From Limisphaerales bacterium (lineage in GTDB: Bacteria > Patescibacteriota > JACMRA01): a stretch of DNA of 64,000 nucleotides. Positions 8,838 through 17,134 of this stretch are shown in pieces. Location of the stretch: positions 137 to 64,136 of the forward strand of contig JBIKIW010000002.1 of assembly GCA_044361365.1 (NCBI GenBank), in the 5' to 3' direction. A program made the position numbers and the translations under genes. Every line of letters begins with the position of its first letter. The stretch's first letter is position 1. Under the pieces are notes generated by a model, which saw only the letters and a list, made by a program, of their open reading frames with translations, searched no databases and had not been told where the DNA came from.

Positions 8838-10286
8838 ATGTTGGTTCTCAACATTATTATACAAAAATAAAAACGGTTTTTTAAGATTAAATTCAGCTTT
8901 TTGCCCTGTTTGAAGTGAGTTCGAAATTAGATATTTTAGAATTTGGTTTTTTTCAGTAGAATTCGAACTTTTAAATATTTCTGGTAAACGGTTTATAAGA
9001 TTAAATAAGCTGGAAACGGTTAAATGTAGGTCTGTAGTTTCTTTGGTTTCTTGAGTAAGTTGTAAGTTCAATTCATAGATTTTTGATTCGTATTCTTGTT
9101 GTTTTTTGGTATAAACATATTTAGTAATACTACTATCAACCAAAAGATCGGTTAGTTTATCTAATCTTTCGTTGTAAGTTTCAATCTCTTTATATATTTC
9201 AGCTCTTTTCTGTTTTTGATACAAACTTTCTTGGTTAAAGTCATTTTTAAGTTTATCAACTATAAATTCTATTGCTTCATTTGGAAATACAAGATTTTTT
9301 AGCACTGTTTCAGCTTGTTTAAGTAAAATCTCTTCTTTGATTACTTCTTGGTAATACTGGCATTCTTTGTTTACACATCTGTAGTAATTGTACTTTTGTT
9401 TAGCTGTATAAGGGTTTATGGTTCTGTCACATTCAGAGCAAGTCAACAAATTTCTAAAAGGGTAAGGTCTAAAACCTCTTTTTTGTTTCCTACTAGATTT
9501 TGTATTTTGATTCAAAATGTCTTGGCATTTATCAAAAATGGCTTTGGTGGTTAGTGGTTTGTAGATATGCTGGTAATTTCCATATTTGCTTTTGGCTAAA
9601 CCATAATAAAATGGATTGTTTAGAATTTTGTTTAAAGTTTGTCTAGTTAGTTTTTTGTCTGTATTAGTTTTAAAACCTTTATTGTTCAAAAGCTCACATA
9701 ATTCGGCTTGATTATACCTACCACTACTAAATAAACTAAAAGCCTCTGAAATTAGTTCTGATGAATCTGTAGTATTTACTTGTCCGTTTTGCCTGATATA
9801 GCCCTCTGGAAATTTATAGACCACTCCTTGATTTCTTAGTTTTTCGTTAGCTCGTCTAACATTATCACTAATTGCATCAGAGTAATATTTTGCAAGTCCA
9901 AGACTCATGCTAAAAGTAAATTTTTCAACTGCTGATATTTTAGAATTTAAAATCTGATTGTCAGATACAAAATGTAATTCCAGTTTATCACTAATTGCCA
10001 TTTCATAAAGCCAAGAAACCCTTTTATCAAAGACATTTCTACTAAGCCTGTCTATTTTATCAAAGCAAACTACTAAAAAGCCTTTATACTTCTTTATGTA
10101 GTCAATAATAGTATCAAACTCATCTCTGTTTGATTTATAAGCTGATTCATCAAAACTAAATTTTTTAACCACTTCAAAATCTTTTCTTTGGCAATAATCC
10201 AGCATTCTTTTTTCCTGAGCTGGCAAAGAATTACCTTGTATTTTTTGGTCTTCGGTAGATACTCTGGAAATGGTTATGGCTTTCAT
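8805..10286 (-). CDS. Large serine recombinase (integrase)
   Basis: Resolvase-type N-terminus MKAITISRVSTEDQ...GNSLPAQ, a recombinase domain, and a Cys-rich zinc ribbon CSECDRTINPYTAKQKYNYYRCVNKEC followed by a coiled coil. The last 11 codons overlap the tRNA-Gln 3' end. Confidence 0.85.
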   Translation of the reverse strand: MKAITISRVSTEDQKIQGNSLPAQEKRMLDYCQRKDFEVVKKFSFDESAYKSNRDEFDTIIDYIKKYKGFLVVCFDKIDRLSRNVFDKRVSWLYEMAISDKLELHFVSDNQILNSKISAVEKFTFSMSLGLAKYYSDAISDNVRRANEKLRNQGVVYKFPEGYIRQNGQVNTTDSSELISEAFSLFSSGRYNQAELCELLNNKGFKTNTDKKLTRQTLNKILNNPFYYGLAKSKYGNYQHIYKPLTTKAIFDKCQDILNQNTKSSRKQKRGFRPYPFRNLLTCSECDRTINPYTAKQKYNYYRCVNKECQYYQEVIKEEILLKQAETVLKNLVFPNEAIEFIVDKLKNDFNQESLYQKQKRAEIYKEIETYNERLDKLTDLLVDSSITKYVYTKKQQEYESKIYELNLQLTQETKETTDLHLTVSSLFNLINRLPEIFKSSNSTEKNQILKYLISNSLQTGQKAEFNLKKPFLFLYNNVENQHWFGDRDSNPS

Positions 10287-11281
10287 ACTTTTTTGTTTAT
10301 TTGTTCAATCAATGCCTTTGCAACATGCCATATTAAAATTGGTGGTATTGCATTTCCTATTTGACGATAAGCGTCTGCTTCGCTTCCGACAAACTTAAAT
10401 TTATCAGGGAAAGATTGTATTCTGGCAGCTTCAAGCGGAGTAAATCTTCTATACAATTCTTTTTTGGGATCAACAAGTAAAACAGGATCCCTTGAATTCA
10501 GACTAACTTTTGCAAGGTGTGAGGTTACGGTTAAACATGGTTTATCTAAATCTTGCCATAAGCCTCTTTTCATATTGTTTTTTGCATTTTTCATTCCTTC
10601 AACTGCTTTTTTTGAAAAATAATACTTTTCATCTTCTGGAACTAATGAATCAATAACTTTTTTTAAAGGAACCCAACCATTTTGTTTTTCTTTTGGATTT
10701 TCATGAAATATGTTATCGGGAAAGACAAATTTTTGATTGAAATCTTTTCTTATACCAACAATAAAAACACGCTGTCTTTTTTGTGGAACCCCAAAATTCG
10801 CAGCGTTTAATAATTTGTAACTCAAGTTGTATCCTTGATCTTCAAACTCTTTTAATACACTTTTAAAAATTTTACCCTTTTTTAATACCATTAGACCTTT
10901 TACATTTTCGGCAATAAAGGCAATGGGTTTTTTTTGTTTCAAAATTCTGGCCATGTCTTTATATAGTTGACCTCTTTCATCAAAAGGATTTTTTGTTGGG
11001 TTTACTGTGCTAAAAGATTGGCAAGGGAAACCACCTATTAAAATATCAATATTAGGAATGTCTTTTTCCTTACAATCAGTTACAGATCCAATTACAGCTT
11101 TGTGCTTAAAATTATGATTGTAAGTATTTATTGCTTTCTGATCTATATCTATGGCATATTTTATTTCAGTTGGCAGTTTATCATATTTTTTATCAACAAA
11201 TTTAAAACCACCTAAAACACCTAGGTCGCTACCACCACAACCACAAAAAAGTGAGCCTATTGTATATATTTTCTTTTTCAT
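10283..11281 (-). CDS. DNA (cytosine-5)-methyltransferase, M1
   Basis: m5C MTase motifs: I FCGCGGSDLG, IV GGFPCQSFS, VI ENV, VIII QKRQRVFIVG, X GNAIPP. Its TGA overlaps the integrase ATG (ATGA). Confidence 0.9.
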   Translation of the reverse strand: MKKKIYTIGSLFCGCGGSDLGVLGGFKFVDKKYDKLPTEIKYAIDIDQKAINTYNHNFKHKAVIGSVTDCKEKDIPNIDILIGGFPCQSFSTVNPTKNPFDERGQLYKDMARILKQKKPIAFIAENVKGLMVLKKGKIFKSVLKEFEDQGYNLSYKLLNAANFGVPQKRQRVFIVGIRKDFNQKFVFPDNIFHENPKEKQNGWVPLKKVIDSLVPEDEKYYFSKKAVEGMKNAKNNMKRGLWQDLDKPCLTVTSHLAKVSLNSRDPVLLVDPKKELYRRFTPLEAARIQSFPDKFKFVGSEADAYRQIGNAIPPILIWHVAKALIEQINKKV

Positions 11282-12660
11282 ACTTTTTCAAAAGTTAAAT
11301 CAATAGATTTAAGTGAGAAATCTAGTCTGTAATTTATTGGTGTACACTTTACTAATCGTTCTTGATTTTTCAGATATGGGTTTCTAATCACATAAACAAT
11401 AATTTTTTCTGGCGTAAAATAGACCCTATAAATTGAAAAAGAATTAGAGTGTTGTTCTGCTGCAATCCATTCATTTCTTGTTAGAGTGATAGCGTCTATC
11501 CAACCGTCAATTCCCTCATTTGGAACCGTAACCCTTTTTGTAGACTTAACTTCGATATAATGCACAAATTCTGATTTTTCAGAATCGTCTGCAAAAATTG
11601 ATTGTATGTCATATCCAAGACCTTTTGTTTTACCGAGTAATAATACTTTATTAGTAAGTCTTTTATCATACTTTTCGACTTTTTCTTTTTCGTAAGTAAA
11701 TACAAAACTTTCTCCATCATCTCCAAGTGCAATTTTATCAAAGTCGGAAATTTTTGGAGCTTTTTCTTCAATATTAAACTGAATTGCATTGATCGATGTA
11801 CTAAATAGCTCTATACCACCCTTGTCAACGCTTGAAAAATAAACTTGCCAATCGTGCAATAATCTCTTTCTGTCCTCTATGGAAGAAAATGAATATTGAT
11901 ATACATCAAAATTTGGCTTCTTGTCATGAAACGATCTTATATAATCAATTGCAACTTTTTCGTAGGGGTTCAAATAAATTACTTTATGATCTGTCCTAAT
12001 TAAATTTGCAAGTTCAAGTAGGTTTAACTGTTCATTTATATGTTGCATTGAATAAGATGAGGCTTTTTCATTATCTTGTACTTTAACGATTTTACTTAAA
12101 TTTCTATACTCAATAATTTTTTCATATACTTGAATAGGTGGTACATTAGATTGCAAGACCTCAAGACTGTTTAAGACAAAATAAGCAATTTCATCTTTTG
12201 TTATTTTAGTGTTATTTTCTTTCGCAATATTTAAAAGTTCTAAAATAAATGGGAATTGCCTAATAGAAATATTTTGAGATATTTTTTCTTCAATAGTGTG
12301 AATACTATCCATTCCATTTGGAAATTGGAATTTTACGCAAATATCTTTAAAAAATGCTGGTTGATCTTCATTTTCTAAAAACCTTAATGTGCGTTCAGAG
12401 GGATATACAGTATTATCACTATCGTAATAATACATACCAAAAAGTTTACCTGCTATTTCAGTTCTGTGGTTGTCTAAAGTTTTCTTTGTTCCTCCTATTA
12501 TTCTTTCAAGGTATTCATTAAATATTCGAGGAAACTCGTCTTTAGAGCTTGGGCAAATCTCTTGAATAATTTTTGCGTATTTTGGCAACAAATTATCTAG
12601 GTCTGTTTTTGCCTTACCTCTTATTATTGTGCATCTAAATTGTATTTCTGGATTAAACAT
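11278..12660 (-). CDS. Putative restriction endonuclease (unknown N-terminal region plus C-terminal PD-(D/E)xK, DUF3883-like nuclease fold)
   Basis: Sandwiched between the two MTases, with an ATGA overlap to M1. The C-terminus GESFVFTYEKE...GYDIQSIF...VHYIEVKSTKR...LTRNEWIAAEQHSNSFSIYRVY fits the D...(E/I)xK nuclease pattern. Confidence 0.55.
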   Translation of the reverse strand: MFNPEIQFRCTIIRGKAKTDLDNLLPKYAKIIQEICPSSKDEFPRIFNEYLERIIGGTKKTLDNHRTEIAGKLFGMYYYDSDNTVYPSERTLRFLENEDQPAFFKDICVKFQFPNGMDSIHTIEEKISQNISIRQFPFILELLNIAKENNTKITKDEIAYFVLNSLEVLQSNVPPIQVYEKIIEYRNLSKIVKVQDNEKASSYSMQHINEQLNLLELANLIRTDHKVIYLNPYEKVAIDYIRSFHDKKPNFDVYQYSFSSIEDRKRLLHDWQVYFSSVDKGGIELFSTSINAIQFNIEEKAPKISDFDKIALGDDGESFVFTYEKEKVEKYDKRLTNKVLLLGKTKGLGYDIQSIFADDSEKSEFVHYIEVKSTKRVTVPNEGIDGWIDAITLTRNEWIAAEQHSNSFSIYRVYFTPEKIIVYVIRNPYLKNQERLVKCTPINYRLDFSLKSIDLTFEKV

Positions 12661-12667
12661 ATTGGTA

Positions 12668-13702
12668 TTATAGAAGTTTTAAAAGGGTTTTTCCAATAAT
12701 TTTTCCAAGTATGGGAGGGACTGCATTTCCTACTTGTTTTAATTGATCATTTTTCTTCCCACAAAAAATAAAAGTATCAGGAAAAGATTGTATTCTAGCG
12801 GACTCTCTTACAGTTGGCACTCTATTGAATTTATAATGAAAATGATGATTATGCCCTGTGTCAATAGTAAAACTTGGTTTTTTGCTATTTAGTCTTGTCC
12901 ATGCAATATTTACTTTTCTTGTACTCTGTAAATCTTTTGGTAAATCTTTATAGTTTCCTCCATCTGGAACAAGTGAAATTATTTCTACTGTTTTTTCGGT
13001 ATGCTTTGTTGTTTCATGATTGAAAATTTTTGTTGAATTTTCTCTTATCATTTTTTGATATTCTGATTTCGGTGAATGAGGGTATGAAGTACCGTCTTTA
13101 ACTTCGTTTTCTGGTAAATCACTAATGGCTTCGAAAGCAGTTATTTTATTTTCGTTATATTTTCCTTCTGGAAAAGTAAAACTTTTACCATTTTGTAATC
13201 CGACAAACACAACTCTTTTTCTGTTTTGAGGTACTCCAAAATCAGAAGCGAGTAAAATTTTATAAACTACTTTGTAACCTAATGCTTCAAATTCTTTTAT
13301 GATTTGATCTTTAACATTTCCATTATTCATAGCTACCAAATTAGGTACATTTTCCATGATAAAAGCCTTTGGCTTGAAATATTTAACAAAGGAAACAAAA
13401 GACTGATAGAGTTTATTTCTTGGATCGTTTGGATTTCTTTTTCCTGAAATTGAAAATCCCTGACATGGAGGACCACCAATAATTATATCAAATTTTCCAT
13501 TGATTTCTTCAGGTTTAATTTTGGATAAATCTGCACATAAAACTTCTGAATTTTTGTGATTATTTTTAAATGTTTTCAATGATTCTTCCCAATTATCTAT
13601 GCCCAGTGAAATTTCAAAACCAGCTTGTTCGAAACCAAGTGACAATCCACCGCAACCACAAAATAAATCTAAAACTTTCCAAGATTTTGTTTTACCACTC
13701 AT
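12668..13702 (-). CDS. DNA (cytosine-5)-methyltransferase, M2
   Basis: Motifs FCGCGGLSLGF, GGPPCQGFS, ENV, QNRKRVVFVG, GNAVPP. Confidence 0.9.
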   Translation of the reverse strand: MSGKTKSWKVLDLFCGCGGLSLGFEQAGFEISLGIDNWEESLKTFKNNHKNSEVLCADLSKIKPEEINGKFDIIIGGPPCQGFSISGKRNPNDPRNKLYQSFVSFVKYFKPKAFIMENVPNLVAMNNGNVKDQIIKEFEALGYKVVYKILLASDFGVPQNRKRVVFVGLQNGKSFTFPEGKYNENKITAFEAISDLPENEVKDGTSYPHSPKSEYQKMIRENSTKIFNHETTKHTEKTVEIISLVPDGGNYKDLPKDLQSTRKVNIAWTRLNSKKPSFTIDTGHNHHFHYKFNRVPTVRESARIQSFPDTFIFCGKKNDQLKQVGNAVPPILGKIIGKTLLKLL

Positions 13703-13913
13703 ATTTACTTTTTTTAACTTCCTTTATAAACTTTTCCAAATCCTCTTTTTCAATACGCCATTCTTTGCCTAGCTTATAAAAACCTTTGATTTTTTGGTTC
13801 TTGATATATCTTCTAATTGTAATAGGACTGAGATTTAAAATCACACTCACCTCTTTGACTATGTAATATGATTGATTATTTTCTAGCATAATGTATATAT
13901 TTATATCTATCAA
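13692..13913 (-). CDS. Excisionase/MerR-like helix-turn-helix DNA-binding protein (possible RDF or R-M controller)
   Basis: YYIVKEVSVILNLSPITIRRYIKNQKIKGFYKLGKEWRIEKEDLEKFI fits the excisionase-family HTH pattern. It overlaps the M2 start by 11 nt. The real start may be the ATG at 13889. Confidence 0.65.
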   Translation of the reverse strand: MIDINIYIMLENNQSYYIVKEVSVILNLSPITIRRYIKNQKIKGFYKLGKEWRIEKEDLEKFIKEVKKSKYEW

Positions 13914-13923
13914 TATGTATCAT

Positions 13924-15075
13924 TTATTTGTCAAACCTCAAAGCCTTGTCTACTTCTTCAAACCAGCCAAAACAGTCTTGTATTTCTGTAATTTCGTTTA
14001 GCTTTTCAAAGTCCTTGCTAAATCTGGACCAGTTTTTACCATTTAGCTTTTTTTCATAGATTTTTCTAAGTTCTGATAAGCCCTTTTCTTTGGCTAGGGT
14101 ATTTATACCAATTAGTTTTAAAAGTTCTGATGTCTTTATTTCTGGATTGTTTTTAAGTATTTTATCTATCAGTAAATCAGTTTTATTTACCTTGCTAAAT
14201 AGGAATCTGTTTTTATCCACTATTAGACTTTGCCAGTAGTAATTTAAAATCTTTTTCCAAAGTAATTCGTTAAATAAATTTTCAAAATAAAGAGTATCTA
14301 TTTTGTAGTCAAAAGTGCCTAAAAGTTGCCTAACTTTTGCCTTGCTTCTTAGTCTGACTTCAAACCTTATTATTTCCTGTTTTTGGCTATCGCTGTACTT
14401 TGTAAATAAATCTTTTTGTAGTTCGTTTCTGTCCTTATTAGTAGCCCTTTTATTTGGCTTGTTTAGGTCGGCTAGTTTATCGTAAATTACAAAACTATGA
14501 GCCTTTGAATAAAATTGTAATGTCGTTCCTGTACTTTCTCTGTACTCTTTGTTATCAAGATCAAGTCGCCTGTCTAGGGTGCATTTATTCAACTCTTCAA
14601 TAATTTGAAAACTAAAATAGTCTTTACTCAAAAAGATGTTTTTAGATGTATCAAAGCCTGATACTTCAAATTTAGCTAGATCGCTTTTTATTTCAACACC
14701 CATTTCCAAAAGACTTTGATAGAGAAACTGATAAACAAACTTTTCATCAAAAATAGTTAGCTCTTGCAAATTGTTACCATAGATCAATTTAGGTACTGAA
14801 AATTCAATTTTTAAATCTCTTTTAGTACCAAGACCTTTTCCTCTACTTCTTGGTGTGATTGTTATTCTAGGGTAGTATTTATCAGCTGTTTTATAATTAT
14901 TTTTAAAACTTGTACCTACAAAACCGTATTCATAAAGCTTGCTAGCATTAGGCTTAAAAAAGTCTGGTTTAGTTATCTTATAATCATTTTCTGCTACTTT
15001 TAAAATCACTGTATCTAACATATTCATCACATTTTTTAAAAAGTTTGTTATATTGCTCCGAGACCTGTTTTTCAA
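13924..15075 (-). CDS. Putative rolling-circle replication initiator (phage/plasmid gene II/X, Rep_trans-like)
   Basis: N-terminal MLDTVILKV, LKIEFSVPKLIYGNNL, VIYDKLADL and IIRFEVRLRSKAKV resemble the gene II/X replication protein pattern. Recalled by eye, not searched. The start may be 15027 or 15021. Confidence 0.45.
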   Translation of the reverse strand: MKNRSRSNITNFLKNVMNMLDTVILKVAENDYKITKPDFFKPNASKLYEYGFVGTSFKNNYKTADKYYPRITITPRSRGKGLGTKRDLKIEFSVPKLIYGNNLQELTIFDEKFVYQFLYQSLLEMGVEIKSDLAKFEVSGFDTSKNIFLSKDYFSFQIIEELNKCTLDRRLDLDNKEYRESTGTTLQFYSKAHSFVIYDKLADLNKPNKRATNKDRNELQKDLFTKYSDSQKQEIIRFEVRLRSKAKVRQLLGTFDYKIDTLYFENLFNELLWKKILNYYWQSLIVDKNRFLFSKVNKTDLLIDKILKNNPEIKTSELLKLIGINTLAKEKGLSELRKIYEKKLNGKNWSRFSKDFEKLNEITEIQDCFGWFEEVDKALRFDK

Positions 15076-15304
15076 TATAGCCCCCCGCCTCTTTTTTTAT
15101 CGGGTAAAGTAGGCTAGTGTCTTTGTTTCCAATTTGCTTACTTGGATATACAAGCCTGTATTGATCTGGATTATTTAGCTTTGTATAAACGGCTACAGAG
15201 GACACAAAAAAGCTTTCATTTATAATAAAGCTAGCAAAAGCTACTAAACCATTTTTAGGTTTGACTGGTATTATTTGAATTTCTGATATGGTTATTTGGT
15301 TCAT
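14984..15304 (-). CDS. spoVG: SpoVG family nucleic-acid-binding protein homolog
   Basis: ITISEIQIIPVKPKNGLVAFASFIINESFFVSSVAVYT...YRLVYPSK...LLYPIKKEAGGYIEKQVSEQY parallels B. subtilis SpoVG ([41 protein letters not shown]...ITHPINSSTRGKIQDAVLNEY). Confidence 0.65.
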   Translation of the reverse strand: MNQITISEIQIIPVKPKNGLVAFASFIINESFFVSSVAVYTKLNNPDQYRLVYPSKQIGNKDTSLLYPIKKEAGGYIEKQVSEQYNKLFKKCDEYVRYSDFKSSRK

Positions 15305-15315
15305 AACTTTTTGAA

Positions 15316-15513
15316 TTAGTTTGGTAGTTTGTAATTTTCAGGGTTGTTTCTCATGTCTATTTCAATCAGTAGCTTAAAGAGACCAATAAAAGAATCTTGA
15401 TCCTCTTTTTCCCATAGTTTAGGATCAGAGGGTTGTATCTCTATTTTTGGTTTGATTGTTTGCTCTTGATTTTGAGACATTAAAAAATCCCTAGAATTAA
15501 TAACTAGGGACAT
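15316..15513 (-). CDS. Hypothetical small acidic protein (65 aa)
   Basis: ORF tightly packed in the island operon, 11 nt upstream of the spoVG-like gene. No motif recognised. Confidence 0.4.
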   Translation of the reverse strand: MSLVINSRDFLMSQNQEQTIKPKIEIQPSDPKLWEKEDQDSFIGLFKLLIEIDMRNNPENYKLPN

Positions 15514-15581
15514 TATAGAATAATCGTGTGCTTAACTTTGCTGAAAAATGCTTAATCTTGCTGAAAGCTACCTGTAAGGCT

Positions 15582-16712
15582 CTATTTTATGTACTTTTCA
15601 TTTATACACACATGATCAGATTTTACAGTTAAAAAGTCTTTAATTTCAGGTGGTAAGTTGTCTTTAATATACTTAAATTTATTATAACAATTTTTATTAA
15701 CATTTGGTTTAGAGCTAACTGTCTTTAAGACTTTATCACTTTTGCCTCCTAGTTCATCTAGTAAATCTTTATAATACCAAATCTTTTTCGTATTCTTTTT
15801 ATTTTTAGTCATTATACTAAGACTCCTATGAACTAAGCCTCTTGATATAGCTATGTTATAACTTCCTACAAAAAGCATACAATTTCTTGAATCATAGCTA
15901 ACTCTAGTATTTTGATTAATTTCTAAAATACTAGTTGTTTGAGTACTTATTGCCAGCTTTGCACCCTTGGCATCAAAAACGCCTCTGGTATATGCATTTG
16001 TTAGTTTTTGATAAGTTTGTTCTGGTATAGCTACAAGCTTGTATTTCTGACCATTTTTTTTAAAGGCCTGATACACCTCCAAACCATTTTCATTTATTCC
16101 TTGGTCTAATTCAACTACAACTTGTCTATGCTCTTTATAACTTTCTCTAGTATATTTAAAATCAAATTTAAGTCCTAAGATTTCGGCATTTATAGAAATC
16201 ACCGATCTTGTCCATTCTCTGATGTAATCTTGTAAAGCTAAATATGGTTGTAAGGATTCTGAAACAATACCTTGAAATCTCTCTCTAAATTCTATTTGAG
16301 CTTTTACTAGTTCTAGCATATTTTCCCTTAATCGATCACATCTAGCTTGATAAGTACTTGAAAACTCAGTGAGTGTTCTTGTTGACGCCAGTACTTGAGC
16401 TAAGTAGTTTTTAAAATAATTAGAATTTATCAAATCATGAATTTGCCTTACTTGAATTGCTCTAATTTCAGCTATTGCCAAAGCAAGCTCTGAACGGAGA
16501 GTGTCAAAAAATATTGTATTTATTATTCTTATAGATAAAGCGTTCAAACTATTAGTCCTCTCAAGCCTTTCTTTGATTGATTCATGTCTATTATACAAGA
16601 CTAAAGACCTTTCTGGAATTGAAGCTAATTTCTTCTTTTGATTTTCAATCTCATTAAGCTTTGTATCCAATCGAGAATTTAAATCTTTTAAATCTTTTTT
16701 TATAGTCATCAC
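15582..16712 (-). CDS. Hypothetical protein: N-terminal coiled coil, C-terminal globular region, no recognisable domain
   Basis: 376-aa ORF (GTG 16712 or ATG 16709), the first gene of the island's minus-strand block. Confidence 0.55.
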   Translation of the reverse strand: MMTIKKDLKDLNSRLDTKLNEIENQKKKLASIPERSLVLYNRHESIKERLERTNSLNALSIRIINTIFFDTLRSELALAIAEIRAIQVRQIHDLINSNYFKNYLAQVLASTRTLTEFSSTYQARCDRLRENMLELVKAQIEFRERFQGIVSESLQPYLALQDYIREWTRSVISINAEILGLKFDFKYTRESYKEHRQVVVELDQGINENGLEVYQAFKKNGQKYKLVAIPEQTYQKLTNAYTRGVFDAKGAKLAISTQTTSILEINQNTRVSYDSRNCMLFVGSYNIAISRGLVHRSLSIMTKNKKNTKKIWYYKDLLDELGGKSDKVLKTVSSKPNVNKNCYNKFKYIKDNLPPEIKDFLTVKSDHVCINEKYIK

Positions 16713-16759
16713 ATTTTAGCTTATTACAGAGCATAATTTATAATTTAGCAACTCTTCAC

Positions 16760-17114
16760 GCCTGACTATCGTATAACCTAATACATATATACGAAAGTCT
16801 TTCAGACACACCTGAAGGGCTAGGAGCGGTCCGTCGCCCTTAGGGCAAGTTCGTATATCTGCGGTTGATACGAAGTCATGCTGTTACCTCGTTAAACTCA
16901 AAGTGTCCTGTACTCAAAATTTGACCAAAAGTTATTTCAAAGTCAGACCAATCATAAGTTCGAAGTGAGTCAACGACGGTGAACCAAAGCCACATGGCAA
17001 TTGAAAGAAGAGCTAACGAAATATAGCATGAACAGGTGAGATGTTAACTTATACAAAAATAAAAAAATCTTTTCATATTAAATTGTAGCGGAGGGTTTAT
17101 CCCTCCATTTTTTT
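16760..17114 (+). ncRNA. Candidate structured noncoding RNA, or replication-origin (sso/dso-like) region
   Basis: No ORF on either strand. Locally GC-richer, with several short stems (cgtata/tatacg, ctttcag/ctgaagg, ttcgtat/atacgaa). It ends in a canonical plus-strand terminator. A possible promoter is TTAGCT (16716) - 17 nt - TATAAT (16739). Confidence 0.3.
17090..17114 (+). terminator. Intrinsic terminator (plus-strand orientation, antisense to the flanking genes)
   Basis: ggaggg-tttat-ccctcc followed by a and then T x7. Confidence 0.7.
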
Positions 17115-17134
17115 AGACACCGAATCAGATATTT

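Noticed and set aside
16713-17134. Assignment of the structured noncoding region, and of 61478-61748, to a known housekeeping RNA (RNase P, SRP/4.5S, tmRNA, 6S, group II intron domain V).
   Set aside because: The hallmark sequences are absent: the RNase P GAGGAAAGUCC-type P4 strand, the SRP GGAA-capped domain IV, a tRNA-like tmRNA end, and the 34-nt domain V with a GNRA loop. Only a covariance-model scan can settle this.
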